Assembly (NCBI GenBank): GCA_945919165.1
Contig: CAMEIZ010000001.1
Span: forward strand, 1-60,438
Reading direction: 5' to 3'
From: an uncultured Traorella sp.
GTDB taxonomy: Bacteria > Bacillota_I > Bacilli_A > Erysipelotrichales > Erysipelotrichaceae
DNA: 60,438 nucleotides
Positions 50,624 through 59,824 of this stretch are shown here, one piece after another. Every line of letters begins with the position of its first letter. Positions within the stretch are counted from its first letter, which is position 1. The notes beneath the pieces were generated by a model that was given only the letters and a program-made list of their open reading frames with translations, was not told the origin of the DNA and ran no database searches. Both the position numbers and the translations under genes were made by a program.

Positions 50624-52471
50624 GTGAAAAAATTTTTGTCATTCCTTCTTTGTGGTATCGTTGTCATTTCAGCTACAATGATGAACGCTAACGCTTGTAC
50701 GCTTATCTACGTTGGTGAAGATGCTTCAGAAGATGGATCAAGCTATATTGCACGTTCAGAAGACCTTGAAAGAGAACACAACAAAATTTTTAAGGTGATT
50801 CCAGCTGCAGATCATAAAGAAGGAGAAACCTATGTAGATCCATATGGATATACTCTGGAATATCCTAGTCATACTTATCGTTATACCGTTATAATTGATG
50901 ACCCTGAAATTACAGCTGCTGAAATTGAAGGTGCTGATGGAATTCATGATTATCCGGAAGTAGGTTTCAATGAAAAGAATGTATATGTTTCAGCAACTGT
51001 TTCTACTAGATATAATTCTTCAATTAGAAAAGTCGATGAACTTGTTGGAGATGAAGGTATTGCTGAAATGTCAATGGCAGCCGTTATGTTACAGGAAGCA
51101 ACATCAGCTAAACACGCAATGGAAATCCTTGCCAGAGAAATCGATAAAAAAGGTGCTGCAGAATGTAATATCGTCGTTGCATCAGACCCTAATGAAACAT
51201 GGATGATGGAAATTGTATCTGGTCATCAGTATGCAGCAGTTAAGCTGAATAAAGATGAAGTAGCTGTAATTCCTAACTTCATGGTATTAGACAATATCGG
51301 AAGATATGAAGATGCTATCGTTTCAAAAGATTTACTAAAGGTTGCTGTAGATGCTAAAACAGCAAAATTTGTAGAAGGTCAGCCAGAAACAGTTGAAAAC
51401 TTATTAGTAGCTGAATCTTATACAAGTGGATTTAGTAGTTCTTCAAGTGCTTATCGTTTCTGGGGTGGAGCTTATTTACTGAATAAAGAAGTAAGTGAAA
51501 AGATTGATCCAGCTAACTTGACAGCTCTTCCTGATCATAAGGCATTCTATGAACCAACTAAGAAAGTAACTTTAAGCGACGTTATGAATATTGAAGCATA
51601 TCGTTATGAAGGAACTCCTTATGATACAGATAAAACTGGTTTCCGTGCTATTGGTGCAGAAACTCAGATGGAAATTCATATTGCTCAATTCCGTCCTAAC
51701 ATGGAAGACAGCTTATCAGGAATTCAGTGGCAAGCATTCGCAAATGGTGAATTTACAGTATATATTCCTTATTTCACAAACCTGATCACAGATACTCATT
51801 CCAGCTATCGTGTAGAAGATATTGAATTCAATGAAAATTCATATTACTGGAATTTTGAGAAAGTTATGTTACTTTGTGCTCAAAACCGTGAACTTTATGG
51901 TCAGCCAGTAAAAGAATTCTGGAAGAACTATCAGGAAAAACTGTTTGTTCGTCAGAGTGAAATTGATGAAATTATGAAAGAAACTCCTACTCAATACAGA
52001 AGCGAAGTAGCTACTCAGTTGGGTATGGAAATGGCTGAAGATGTATTACAGACAGAAAAAACTATCAGAGAATTATTGGAAAATCACATTGCAAATCAGC
52101 CAAATGAATTGTTTGTGATTGAAAATGTTGATAACAATCTTCCTGAAATCGGATTAGAAAAAGCTGATTACAGTAAGGTTAATGAAGCAGTGAAGAAAGC
52201 TGAAGCTCTTGATGCAAAAGAATACAAAGATTTCTCAGGTGTAAAAGCTGCTCTTGATGCTGTAGAATATGATCTATATTATACTCAGCAGGAAAAAGTT
52301 GATAACATGGCTAAGGCTATTTTAGATGCTATTGATGCTCTTGTTAAGAATCAGGCTGGTTCTCCTAACACAGCTGATACATCTCAGATGGTATTGTATA
52401 TCAGTGTTGCTGCTATGGCACTTGCAGTATTAGCTTTTGCTGGAAAAAAAGCAGGGAAAGAATTGAATTAA
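50624..52471 (+). CDS. Secreted, cell-wall-anchored C69 family dipeptidase
   Basis: GTG start after GAGGAGGT; signal peptide ending ANA then CT nucleophile; ARSED, G.NE; FIVAR-like ADYSKV region; SPNTA + TM + basic tail. Confidence 0.85.
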   Translation: MKKFLSFLLCGIVVISATMMNANACTLIYVGEDASEDGSSYIARSEDLEREHNKIFKVIPAADHKEGETYVDPYGYTLEYPSHTYRYTVIIDDPEITAAEIEGADGIHDYPEVGFNEKNVYVSATVSTRYNSSIRKVDELVGDEGIAEMSMAAVMLQEATSAKHAMEILAREIDKKGAAECNIVVASDPNETWMMEIVSGHQYAAVKLNKDEVAVIPNFMVLDNIGRYEDAIVSKDLLKVAVDAKTAKFVEGQPETVENLLVAESYTSGFSSSSSAYRFWGGAYLLNKEVSEKIDPANLTALPDHKAFYEPTKKVTLSDVMNIEAYRYEGTPYDTDKTGFRAIGAETQMEIHIAQFRPNMEDSLSGIQWQAFANGEFTVYIPYFTNLITDTHSSYRVEDIEFNENSYYWNFEKVMLLCAQNRELYGQPVKEFWKNYQEKLFVRQSEIDEIMKETPTQYRSEVATQLGMEMAEDVLQTEKTIRELLENHIANQPNELFVIENVDNNLPEIGLEKADYSKVNEAVKKAEALDAKEYKDFSGVKAALDAVEYDLYYTQQEKVDNMAKAILDAIDALVKNQAGSPNTADTSQMVLYISVAAMALAVLAFAGKKAGKELN

Positions 52472-52490
52472 TAAAATAGGCAAAATCATA

Positions 52491-52527
52491 AAAAAGAGAA
52501 ACGAGTCAAAAGCTCGTTTTTCTTTTA
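52491..52527 (+). terminator. Terminator after the C69 peptidase
   Basis: AGAGAAACGAG-TCAAAAG-CTCGTTTTTCTTTT. Confidence 0.75.
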
Positions 52528-52656
52528 TAAAATACTTTTGATAAAAGAGTAAAGATAATAATTCAATTTAACTTTTATAGTTAAGAAAAAAAAGAAATCA
52601 CAACGAATATGTGGTAAAATCAACATGTCAATAAGAAGTTGAGGAGAATACAGGAA

Positions 52657-53244
52657 ATGACTGAAAAAGAAAAAATGCTGAAACAGATGTTGTATAATGC
52701 CAATTATGATGTTGATTTGATAAATGAAAGACATTATGCAAAAGATTTATGTTTTGAGTATAATCAATTACGACCTTCTAATGTGGAAGAGCAGAAAAAA
52801 ATCATTAAAAAACTGTTTAATAAAACAAAAAAAGATTTTTGTGTGATTGCACCTTTCTGGTGTGATTATGGTTATAATATTGAAATTGGAGAGAATTTTT
52901 TTGCGAATCATAATACAGTTATTTTAGATGGTGCAAAGGTGAAATTTGGAGATCATGTATTCATTGGCCCCAATTGTGGGTTTTACACCGCAAGCCATCC
53001 AATAGATTCTGAGCGAAGAAATCAAGGATATGAATATGCCTATCCTATAACCATAGGTGATAATGTTTGGATAGGAGCGGGTGTTCAGGTATTAGCGGGT
53101 GTCACGATAGGGAATAATGTTGTGATTGGCGGAGGAAGTGTTGTGGTAAAGGATATACCTGATAATTCTGTCGCGGTTGGGAATCCCTGTAAAGTGATTA
53201 GAGCTATTACGGAAGAGGATAAACTAAAATGTTGGGATAAATAG
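52657..53244 (+). CDS. Sugar O-acetyltransferase (maltose/galactoside family)
   Basis: EKEKML, PFWCDYGYNI, hexapeptide repeats, GNPCKVIR. Confidence 0.92.
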   Translation: MTEKEKMLKQMLYNANYDVDLINERHYAKDLCFEYNQLRPSNVEEQKKIIKKLFNKTKKDFCVIAPFWCDYGYNIEIGENFFANHNTVILDGAKVKFGDHVFIGPNCGFYTASHPIDSERRNQGYEYAYPITIGDNVWIGAGVQVLAGVTIGNNVVIGGGSVVVKDIPDNSVAVGNPCKVIRAITEEDKLKCWDK

Positions 53245-53309
53245 TATAATTGTTTGAAATCATTTAGACATGTTTTTAGATATAAATCATATAGTGATAG
53301 GGGTGAACC

Positions 53310-53594
53310 ATGGAAAATGCATTAAAATTTGAAATTAATCCTTATCATAACTTTGTCTGCAAAGAAAGAAAGCATCTTGAATTGTCAGGAGTAAAGAATG
53401 TAGAACGCTTTGATGAAAATGAATTTGTTTTGGAAACTTCATTAGGCTGGATGATAGTAAAAGGCAGTGATTTAGTTTTGAACAAGTTAGATACTGAACA
53501 CGGAGATGTGATTATTAAAGGTAATATTGATGCCATTGAATATACCAGCGCTCAAACAAAAAAGGAATCTTTGCTGACACGACTTTTTAGATGA
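53310..53594 (+). CDS. yabP: Sporulation protein YabP
   Basis: ERKHLELSGV..V..FD, ETSLG.MIVKG..L. Confidence 0.88.
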   Translation: MENALKFEINPYHNFVCKERKHLELSGVKNVERFDENEFVLETSLGWMIVKGSDLVLNKLDTEHGDVIIKGNIDAIEYTSAQTKKESLLTRLFR

Positions 53595-54031
53595 CACTTT
53601 ATGAGCAGTTAGCGGCACTGGCTTATCATCTCTTAAGTGCACAGATATTTGGTCTGTTTTTCAGTTTTTTATCATTGTGTCTATTAGCAGTAAAAAAATC
53701 GATACGTGTCATTCTGTACAGCTTGTTTTCAATGATGATTACAATTGTGTTTTATTATGGATTGTATCAGATTAATGGCGGTGTTACACATGTTTATCTG
53801 ATAGTTGTCTTTCTTTGGAGTTTATATCTTTATTATCACTTCTTTTATGAACTCATTCTTCCTTTTTTTTATCATATAAAGAAATTGTTTCGTCCTTTGA
53901 AAGAAAAAACGAAATTTGCGAAAAGGAAAATCTATGATATAATGAAAGTGCAGAAGGATAAAAGGAAGGAGGAAAAACTTAAAAATGAACAAAGAAAAAG
54001 CCATAAAAAACAAAAGGATAAAAAAAGTTAA
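53591..54031 (+). CDS. yabQ: Spore cortex biosynthesis protein YabQ-like
   Basis: Hydrophobic, YQINGG motif, between yabP and divIC. Confidence 0.7.
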   Translation: MTLYEQLAALAYHLLSAQIFGLFFSFLSLCLLAVKKSIRVILYSLFSMMITIVFYYGLYQINGGVTHVYLIVVFLWSLYLYYHFFYELILPFFYHIKKLFRPLKEKTKFAKRKIYDIMKVQKDKRKEEKLKNEQRKSHKKQKDKKS

Positions 54032-54296
54032 TTATCATTTAAAAAGCATTTTCCTCTTAGCATGTTCATGTTTCTTTATCTTCAATATCGCCAAAGAGCT
54101 GATAACGGCAAAACAGATACGGGATGAATTAAAACAGGAACAGGAACTGGCACAGACTATTTTGAATGAAACTGAAAAGCTAAAAAAACAGAAAGAAATG
54201 CTTCAAGATCCTAATTATGCATTAAATTATGCCAGAGGAAAATTATTAATTTCTCAAGATGGCGAACAAATATTTTCATTAGATGATAGAAAATAA
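53985..54296 (+). CDS. divIC: Septum formation initiator DivIC/FtsB
   Basis: Basic N-terminus, TM, coiled coil, LQDPNYALNYAR....S..GE.IF. Confidence 0.85.
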   Translation: MNKEKAIKNKRIKKVNYHLKSIFLLACSCFFIFNIAKELITAKQIRDELKQEQELAQTILNETEKLKKQKEMLQDPNYALNYARGKLLISQDGEQIFSLDDRK

Positions 54297-54298
54297 CA

Positions 54299-54322
54299 AG
54301 GCAGAGCGAAAAAGCTCTGCCT
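54299..54322. terminator. Hairpin between convergent divIC and kinase genes
   Basis: AGGCAGAGC-GAAAAA-GCTCTGCCT. Confidence 0.75.
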
Positions 54323-54329
54323 AAATTAT

Positions 54330-54815
54330 TTAATAAACGATTTTATCAATATCTTTTCTTTTGTTGATGATGATTACCTTATTTTCATAGGACAGTAATA
54401 TTTCTTTGATTTCCAAAAGATTGACTTGATAAAACTTTTTAGTCCATTTTAATAAGCTGATCAGTGATGAAAAAGATTCATTTTGACATTTCCATTTTCT
54501 TATGACAAATCTTTTTATGATTCTAAATCGGCAAATGAATGGAGAAATATTCATTAAATAAATAATATCTGCCTGTGAAAAGCTGTCTTTTAACCATGAG
54601 TATTGAACCCCTTCAATAATCCAGTTTTTATTCTGCAGGATGTTTTGAAGTAGTTCATTTCGTTTTTCAGGATCTCTTTTTTTGTTGAATTTCCCATCTG
54701 AATCATCCCAAAATATATCATCTAATTCATAAAAAGGAATTTTGTATTGATTTGAAAGTTTCTGAGCAAGTGTTGTTTTTCCAGAACCACTGGGTCCTAT
54801 AATATGTATTTTCAT
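54330..54815 (-). CDS. P-loop NMP-kinase-like protein (FlaR/'topology modulation' family)
   Basis: IIGPSGSGKTTLA, LDDIFW, WIIEG. Confidence 0.85.
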   Translation of the reverse strand: MKIHIIGPSGSGKTTLAQKLSNQYKIPFYELDDIFWDDSDGKFNKKRDPEKRNELLQNILQNKNWIIEGVQYSWLKDSFSQADIIYLMNISPFICRFRIIKRFVIRKWKCQNESFSSLISLLKWTKKFYQVNLLEIKEILLSYENKVIIINKRKDIDKIVY

Positions 54816-54830
54816 ATATATCTTTTAATA

Positions 54831-55829
54831 TTACTGTTTCAATAAATTTTTTCGATGATAGCTTAAAAATTCTTTTCTGGTAGGGGTCATGACACATGAA
54901 GGCAGCTTAAAGTTTTGGTGCAGCTGATAGATATCTAAGTTGTTAGCTATTTCTTTTGAAATAATAATCTGGCCGTCTGCATCAAAACTGATGTATCCTT
55001 GATCAAAAAGATAATCGTGATTGCGACATAATAAAAGACCATTATTGTTATCCATAGCTTCAATCAAATAACTGCAGTCTCGGAACGGTTTTATATGAGA
55101 AGCTATCAGCAATTGAACGATATTTATATGGCAGATACAACACTGATGCTTAAATTCATTTAACAAGGTATCTTTAAAAAAATTCTGAAGTTCTTTGGAA
55201 CAGTCACGATCAACAGGAATTCCTATTTTTGGAAAAACAGTTAACATTTTTTCTTTGTTTGGAAATGAAATCATTTCTTTTTCTTCATTTCTAAATTCTA
55301 AGGAAAGTTTATGATAGAGTTGATGAGTATAATACGTTTTAAGTGCATAAGAACAGTTATAGCCTTCTTTTTTGTCTTTAAGAATCCAAGTAAGATCATC
55401 CAAATAGTCAGGATTAAAAAACATACGATCATTTTGATTTGTAAAAAGATTGGTAGAAACAAGAATGTTTTTAAAATATCCAAAAGAAGATAAATCTATT
55501 TCACCAGATAGATGATTATTACAATAGCTATAGTAATCAGGATGCTGAATCATGGCTTCAAAGATAGACAAAGCTTCCAGCTTTGAGTGATGCTGTGTTC
55601 TTGAAAAGATATACAGCGGTTCAGAAAGATCAAAAGTGTTATCAAATTGAATAAAATTATTGGATTCTATTAAATGATGGATCATTTCAGAAAACATATC
55701 TTGATCAAGTAAAAAAGATTCAGCTTCAGCCTGATGAAAAAAAGTATCGAAAAATGTATCTTTTGTTAAATTCCAGGCTTCAATTTTATCAATAATTTGT
55801 AAGCATTTCTTAAATTCGGATTTTTCCAT
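54831..55829 (-). CDS. HNH endonuclease (C-terminal HNH, unrecognised N-terminal region)
   Basis: CCIC...LIASHIKPF...NGLLLCRNHDYLFDQGYISF...LSYHR. Confidence 0.88.
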   Translation of the reverse strand: MEKSEFKKCLQIIDKIEAWNLTKDTFFDTFFHQAEAESFLLDQDMFSEMIHHLIESNNFIQFDNTFDLSEPLYIFSRTQHHSKLEALSIFEAMIQHPDYYSYCNNHLSGEIDLSSFGYFKNILVSTNLFTNQNDRMFFNPDYLDDLTWILKDKKEGYNCSYALKTYYTHQLYHKLSLEFRNEEKEMISFPNKEKMLTVFPKIGIPVDRDCSKELQNFFKDTLLNEFKHQCCICHINIVQLLIASHIKPFRDCSYLIEAMDNNNGLLLCRNHDYLFDQGYISFDADGQIIISKEIANNLDIYQLHQNFKLPSCVMTPTRKEFLSYHRKNLLKQ

Positions 55830-55876
55830 AGTTACCTCTAACTCATATTATAAACAAAATTTGAAATAATTTAAAG

Positions 55877-55907
55877 CTTTGTCAAAATGTGCGGGATTTC
55901 GACAAAG
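55877..55907. promoter_or_regulatory. Inverted repeat in the divergent intergenic region (putative operator)
   Basis: CTTTGTCAAAAT-N7-ATTTCGACAAAG, 11/12 matched arms. Confidence 0.5.
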
Positions 55908-55946
55908 ATAAAGTTTTACAATGTGGTCAATGAAGGAGGAATTTCC

Positions 55947-56630
55947 ATGAAAGGTCCAGGAATTAAAGATTACTTATATGCATTAGAAGAAAAAAAACAA
56001 CAGGCAAAGGAAGCAGGACTTACTGAAATCGAAATTTCCAGTAAATCACTGCATCAAGAAATTTCGCCTCAGCATGCAACAATGCCAACATGCTGTCAGG
56101 CTATGTACAAGGTTTGTCTTGAAGGTGATGAAATTATTAAAACACCAAAAGGAACAACCGGATATGGCTCACATTTAATTATTCGCTATAAATTAGATGA
56201 TTTTAATCGTCCACAGCGTTTTCCAAATAAAAAAAGAGGTCGGCCTTCAAAAACACCAGAAGAAAAATTAGCAGCTAAAAAAGCGAAAATGAAACGAAAT
56301 ACTGAAGATCTCAACAATATTTTAAAAAGCTGGTTGAATGAACAGGGATATACGTATATGGAAGCTAAGAATGAATTAATCGCCGAAAATGATGAAAGAA
56401 AATGGATTATTAATATTCAAGGTGTAAAACGAGGAAGAAAACAGACACTGCCTAATAAAATCAGTGAACTGATTACACGTATAGAAGATGGCAACACATA
56501 TTATTCGATTGCTTTCAATGATACGAATTTGACGCGAAGACAGTGGAATGAAATATCCAAAGTAGTAAAAGAACAATTAAAGTTAAGTGTATTGCTTGCT
56601 GATAAGCAGGGCAATATCTGTGAACTATAA
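55947..56630 (+). CDS. Two-domain hypothetical protein: MPTCC domain, AT-hook-like linker, degenerate restriction-endonuclease-like domain
   Basis: GAAGGAGGA RBS; LHQE...HATMPTCCQAM; KKRGRPSK; ELIAE...WIINIQG; terminator AAGAACC-GAAA-GGTTCTTTT right after the stop. Confidence 0.7.
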   Translation: MKGPGIKDYLYALEEKKQQAKEAGLTEIEISSKSLHQEISPQHATMPTCCQAMYKVCLEGDEIIKTPKGTTGYGSHLIIRYKLDDFNRPQRFPNKKRGRPSKTPEEKLAAKKAKMKRNTEDLNNILKSWLNEQGYTYMEAKNELIAENDERKWIINIQGVKRGRKQTLPNKISELITRIEDGNTYYSIAFNDTNLTRRQWNEISKVVKEQLKLSVLLADKQGNICEL

Positions 56631-56744
56631 GAACCGAAAGGTTCTTTTCTTATTTCCCGGGCAATTTTAATAAGATTCTCTTACAGACATCATGCTTATT
56701 CGTTAAATAAATATGATATAATGGAGAGCAAAGGATGTGAAATT

Positions 56745-57176
56745 ATGAATGCAGAAGCTTTATGGAAAAAATCAAAATTAGTGGGCAAATATGAAGCATG
56801 GGCTTTTGGAGGAGATCCGGATGGGTTGGCAGATCTGGTGAAGAAGGGGATAAAAACAGCAACCTGCAGTGCTTATATATGGTATGAGAATGGTGATGAA
56901 TCTTTACCTGTAGAAGGTGAATATAGTGTCATTTTAGATTCTAAAAATGAAGCTGTATGTATCATACAAACAACAAAAGTTTATGTGGAAAGCTATAAAA
57001 ATGTAAGTGAAGAACATGCATATAAAGAGGGTGAAGGTGATCGTTCATTAGCTGAATGGAGAAGAATTCATCAGGATTTTTTCAGTAAAGAACTAAAACA
57101 AATAAATAGAAGTTTTGATGAAAATATGAAAATAGTCTGTGAAGAGTTTCAGGTTGTTTATCAGGAGGAAGTATGA
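56745..57176 (+). CDS. ASCH domain protein
   Basis: WAFG, G.KTATCS, AYKEGEGDRSL..WR..H..FF. Confidence 0.92.
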   Translation: MNAEALWKKSKLVGKYEAWAFGGDPDGLADLVKKGIKTATCSAYIWYENGDESLPVEGEYSVILDSKNEAVCIIQTTKVYVESYKNVSEEHAYKEGEGDRSLAEWRRIHQDFFSKELKQINRSFDENMKIVCEEFQVVYQEEV

Positions 57177-57739
57177 AAATCGATGAGTTTTTAAAATTTA
57201 TGCATATAAGTGAAAATCTAAAACAGGTTACACGACATAGTTGGACGAGTGACGGTACACGTGAAGTTGTAGCTGCACACAGTTGGAGAATGGCGTTAAT
57301 GGCTATGATGATAGCTGATGAAATAAAGGATATCAACATACAGCGGGTCATTGAGCTTTGTATTGTTCATGATTTGGGTGAAGCCATTACAAAAGATATT
57401 CCGGTTTTTGAAAAGACAGAAGCGGATGAAAATACTGAAAATCAGGCTCAGGATTATCTGATATCTTGCATTAGCGGAGAATTTAAGGAAAAGCTGAAAA
57501 GTCTTTTTGATGAAATGAGAGATATGACAACAAAAGAAGCAAAACTATATAAGTGTTTGGATAAGCTGGAAGTATTAATTCAACACAATGAAGCTGATCT
57601 GTCAACATGGATTCCATTAGAGAGAGAATTGCAGCTAGAATATGGTATTTCTGAATGTGAAGTATTTGAATTTACAAAAAAATTAAGAGAAAGAGTGAAA
57701 CAGGACTCTATTGATAAGATGAAGGAGGAAACAATATGA
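57173..57739 (+). CDS. HD domain hydrolase (YfbR/HDDC2-like)
   Basis: LKQVTRHSW, E.VAAHSWR, HDLGE, DKLE. Confidence 0.9.
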   Translation: MKIDEFLKFMHISENLKQVTRHSWTSDGTREVVAAHSWRMALMAMMIADEIKDINIQRVIELCIVHDLGEAITKDIPVFEKTEADENTENQAQDYLISCISGEFKEKLKSLFDEMRDMTTKEAKLYKCLDKLEVLIQHNEADLSTWIPLERELQLEYGISECEVFEFTKKLRERVKQDSIDKMKEETI

Positions 57740-58767
57740 TTCATTTTGAAAGTGATTATCTCGAAGGAGCACATGAAAATATACTGAAAAGGATGCAAGA
57801 GAGTAATTTGATGCAGACTTGCGGTTATGGAATGGATGAAATCTGTGAAAGTGCGAGAAAAAGAATTCAAAAGGCGATAGGCAATTCCAAAGCAGATGTA
57901 CATTTTTTAGTTGGCGGCACTCAGACCAATCTGATTGTGATTGATGCGATTCTTCGTCCTTATCAAGGTGTCATTTCCGCAGAAAGTGGACATATTAATG
58001 TACATGAAACAGGTGCTGTGGAAGCCTGTGGTCATAAAGTTATATCATTAAAGAGTGAAGATGGAACAATTAGTGGAAATCAGGTAAAAGAAGTTATGGA
58101 AAATCATCTTCATGATTCAAATAAAGAACATACTGTACAGCCAGCTATGGTATATATTTCATTTCCAACTGAAAATGGAACATTGTATTCAAAAAAACAA
58201 CTGAAAGATCTTTATCAAGTATGTACACACTATCATTTACCATTATTTATTGATGGGGCTCGTTTAGGCTATGGACTTATGAGCGAGAAGAATGATATTA
58301 CGTTGAAAGAACTCTCAAAATTATGCGATGTGTTTTATATTGGAGGAACAAAGGTTGGGGCATTGTTTGGTGAAGCGGTTGTCATTACCAAGGATGCGTT
58401 AAAGAAAGATTTCCGTTATATGATTAAACAGCGCGGCGGAATGCTGGCAAAGGGAAGAATGCTGGGGATTCAGTTTGATGAATTATTTAAAGATGATCTT
58501 TATTTTAAAATATCAAAGCATGCCATTGAAATGGCTATGCAAATCAAACAGGCTTGTATAGAAGCTTCTATTCCTTTTGCATATGAATCCTTCACCAATC
58601 AGCAATTTCTTTTACTGAGTGATACACAATATAAGAAGTTATCATCTAAATTTGTTGTATCAGATTTTGGAAAAAAGAATGATATGAATATTATTCGAAT
58701 TTGTACAAGCTGGGCAACAACACAAAACAATACAGATGCGTTAATTGAAATGCTGAAAACAATATAG
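57736..58767 (+). CDS. Low-specificity L-threonine aldolase family PLP enzyme
   Basis: F.SDY, GYG.D, GGTQTN, HETGA.E, DGARL, GGTK. Confidence 0.9.
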   Translation: MIHFESDYLEGAHENILKRMQESNLMQTCGYGMDEICESARKRIQKAIGNSKADVHFLVGGTQTNLIVIDAILRPYQGVISAESGHINVHETGAVEACGHKVISLKSEDGTISGNQVKEVMENHLHDSNKEHTVQPAMVYISFPTENGTLYSKKQLKDLYQVCTHYHLPLFIDGARLGYGLMSEKNDITLKELSKLCDVFYIGGTKVGALFGEAVVITKDALKKDFRYMIKQRGGMLAKGRMLGIQFDELFKDDLYFKISKHAIEMAMQIKQACIEASIPFAYESFTNQQFLLLSDTQYKKLSSKFVVSDFGKKNDMNIIRICTSWATTQNNTDALIEMLKTI

Positions 58768-58777
58768 GGGTGACTCA

Positions 58778-59752
58778 ATGAAAGGCTTGTGTACAATTGG
58801 AGAAGTTTTGATTGATTTACTCCCCCAAGAAAAAGGCAAACGATTAAAAGATGTCTTTTCATTTGAAAATGCGGCAGTAAGAACTCCTGCCAATGTTGCC
58901 GGTGCAGCAGCCATGCTGGGAGCAAATGCAGTAGTATTGAGTCAGGTGGGTTGTGATGCTTTTGGCGATTATTTGATCGAATGTATGAAAGATAAAAAAA
59001 TCAATACTTCCTATGTGAAAAAAAGTGAATGTGATGATACATCTTTAGCATTTGTATCATTAGCCAAGGATGGAAACCGTGATTTTAAGTTTTATCGAAA
59101 AACAGCTGCAGATCTGCAGTACACTTTTGATGAAGAAAGTGAAAAAGCATTAGAGAATATTGGAATCCTTCATTTCTGCAGTGTGGATTTAGTGGATTCA
59201 CCTATGAAAAAGGCGCATCAGAAAATCATTGAACTGGCTATTTCAAAAAAAATACTTGTTAGCTTTGATCCTAATATACGTTTATCATTATGGGATAATC
59301 ATGCTCAATTAAGAGATACTGTGCATACGTTTATGCGTTATGCAGATATAATTAAAGTATCAGATGATGAATTAGATTTTATTTGTGGAACAGATCAAAT
59401 AGAGGAAGCCTTGCCATTACTGTTAAAAGATAGATGTAAACTGCTCATCATTACAAAAGGAAAAAATGGTGCACTAAGTTTTACGAAAAATGAAAAAGCT
59501 GAAGTGAAAGGATGGCAGGTTGATGCAGTTGATTCAACTGGTGCCGGAGATGCTTTCATAGGGTCTTTTCTCTTTCAGCTTTTAAAATATAAAAAAACTG
59601 ATCTTGATTCCTTGAATAAAGATGAATTGTCATCATATCTTTATTTCAGTAATCTTTACGCGGCTTATATTACGACTCAAAAAGGAGGATTGGCTAGTAT
59701 GGCAGATATGAATACAATTCACCATTTTAAATTAGATTGTACGAACAAATAG
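58778..59752 (+). CDS. PfkB family carbohydrate kinase (fructokinase-like)
   Basis: GEVLID, PANVA, FDPNIR..LW, DSTGAGDAF. Confidence 0.9.
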   Translation: MKGLCTIGEVLIDLLPQEKGKRLKDVFSFENAAVRTPANVAGAAAMLGANAVVLSQVGCDAFGDYLIECMKDKKINTSYVKKSECDDTSLAFVSLAKDGNRDFKFYRKTAADLQYTFDEESEKALENIGILHFCSVDLVDSPMKKAHQKIIELAISKKILVSFDPNIRLSLWDNHAQLRDTVHTFMRYADIIKVSDDELDFICGTDQIEEALPLLLKDRCKLLIITKGKNGALSFTKNEKAEVKGWQVDAVDSTGAGDAFIGSFLFQLLKYKKTDLDSLNKDELSSYLYFSNLYAAYITTQKGGLASMADMNTIHHFKLDCTNK

Positions 59753-59824
59753 AGTATACTCTAACAAAGCTTTGACAGCATTTTTAGGTTAGGGTATAAT
59801 GCATATGATAATTAAGGAGGGGAT

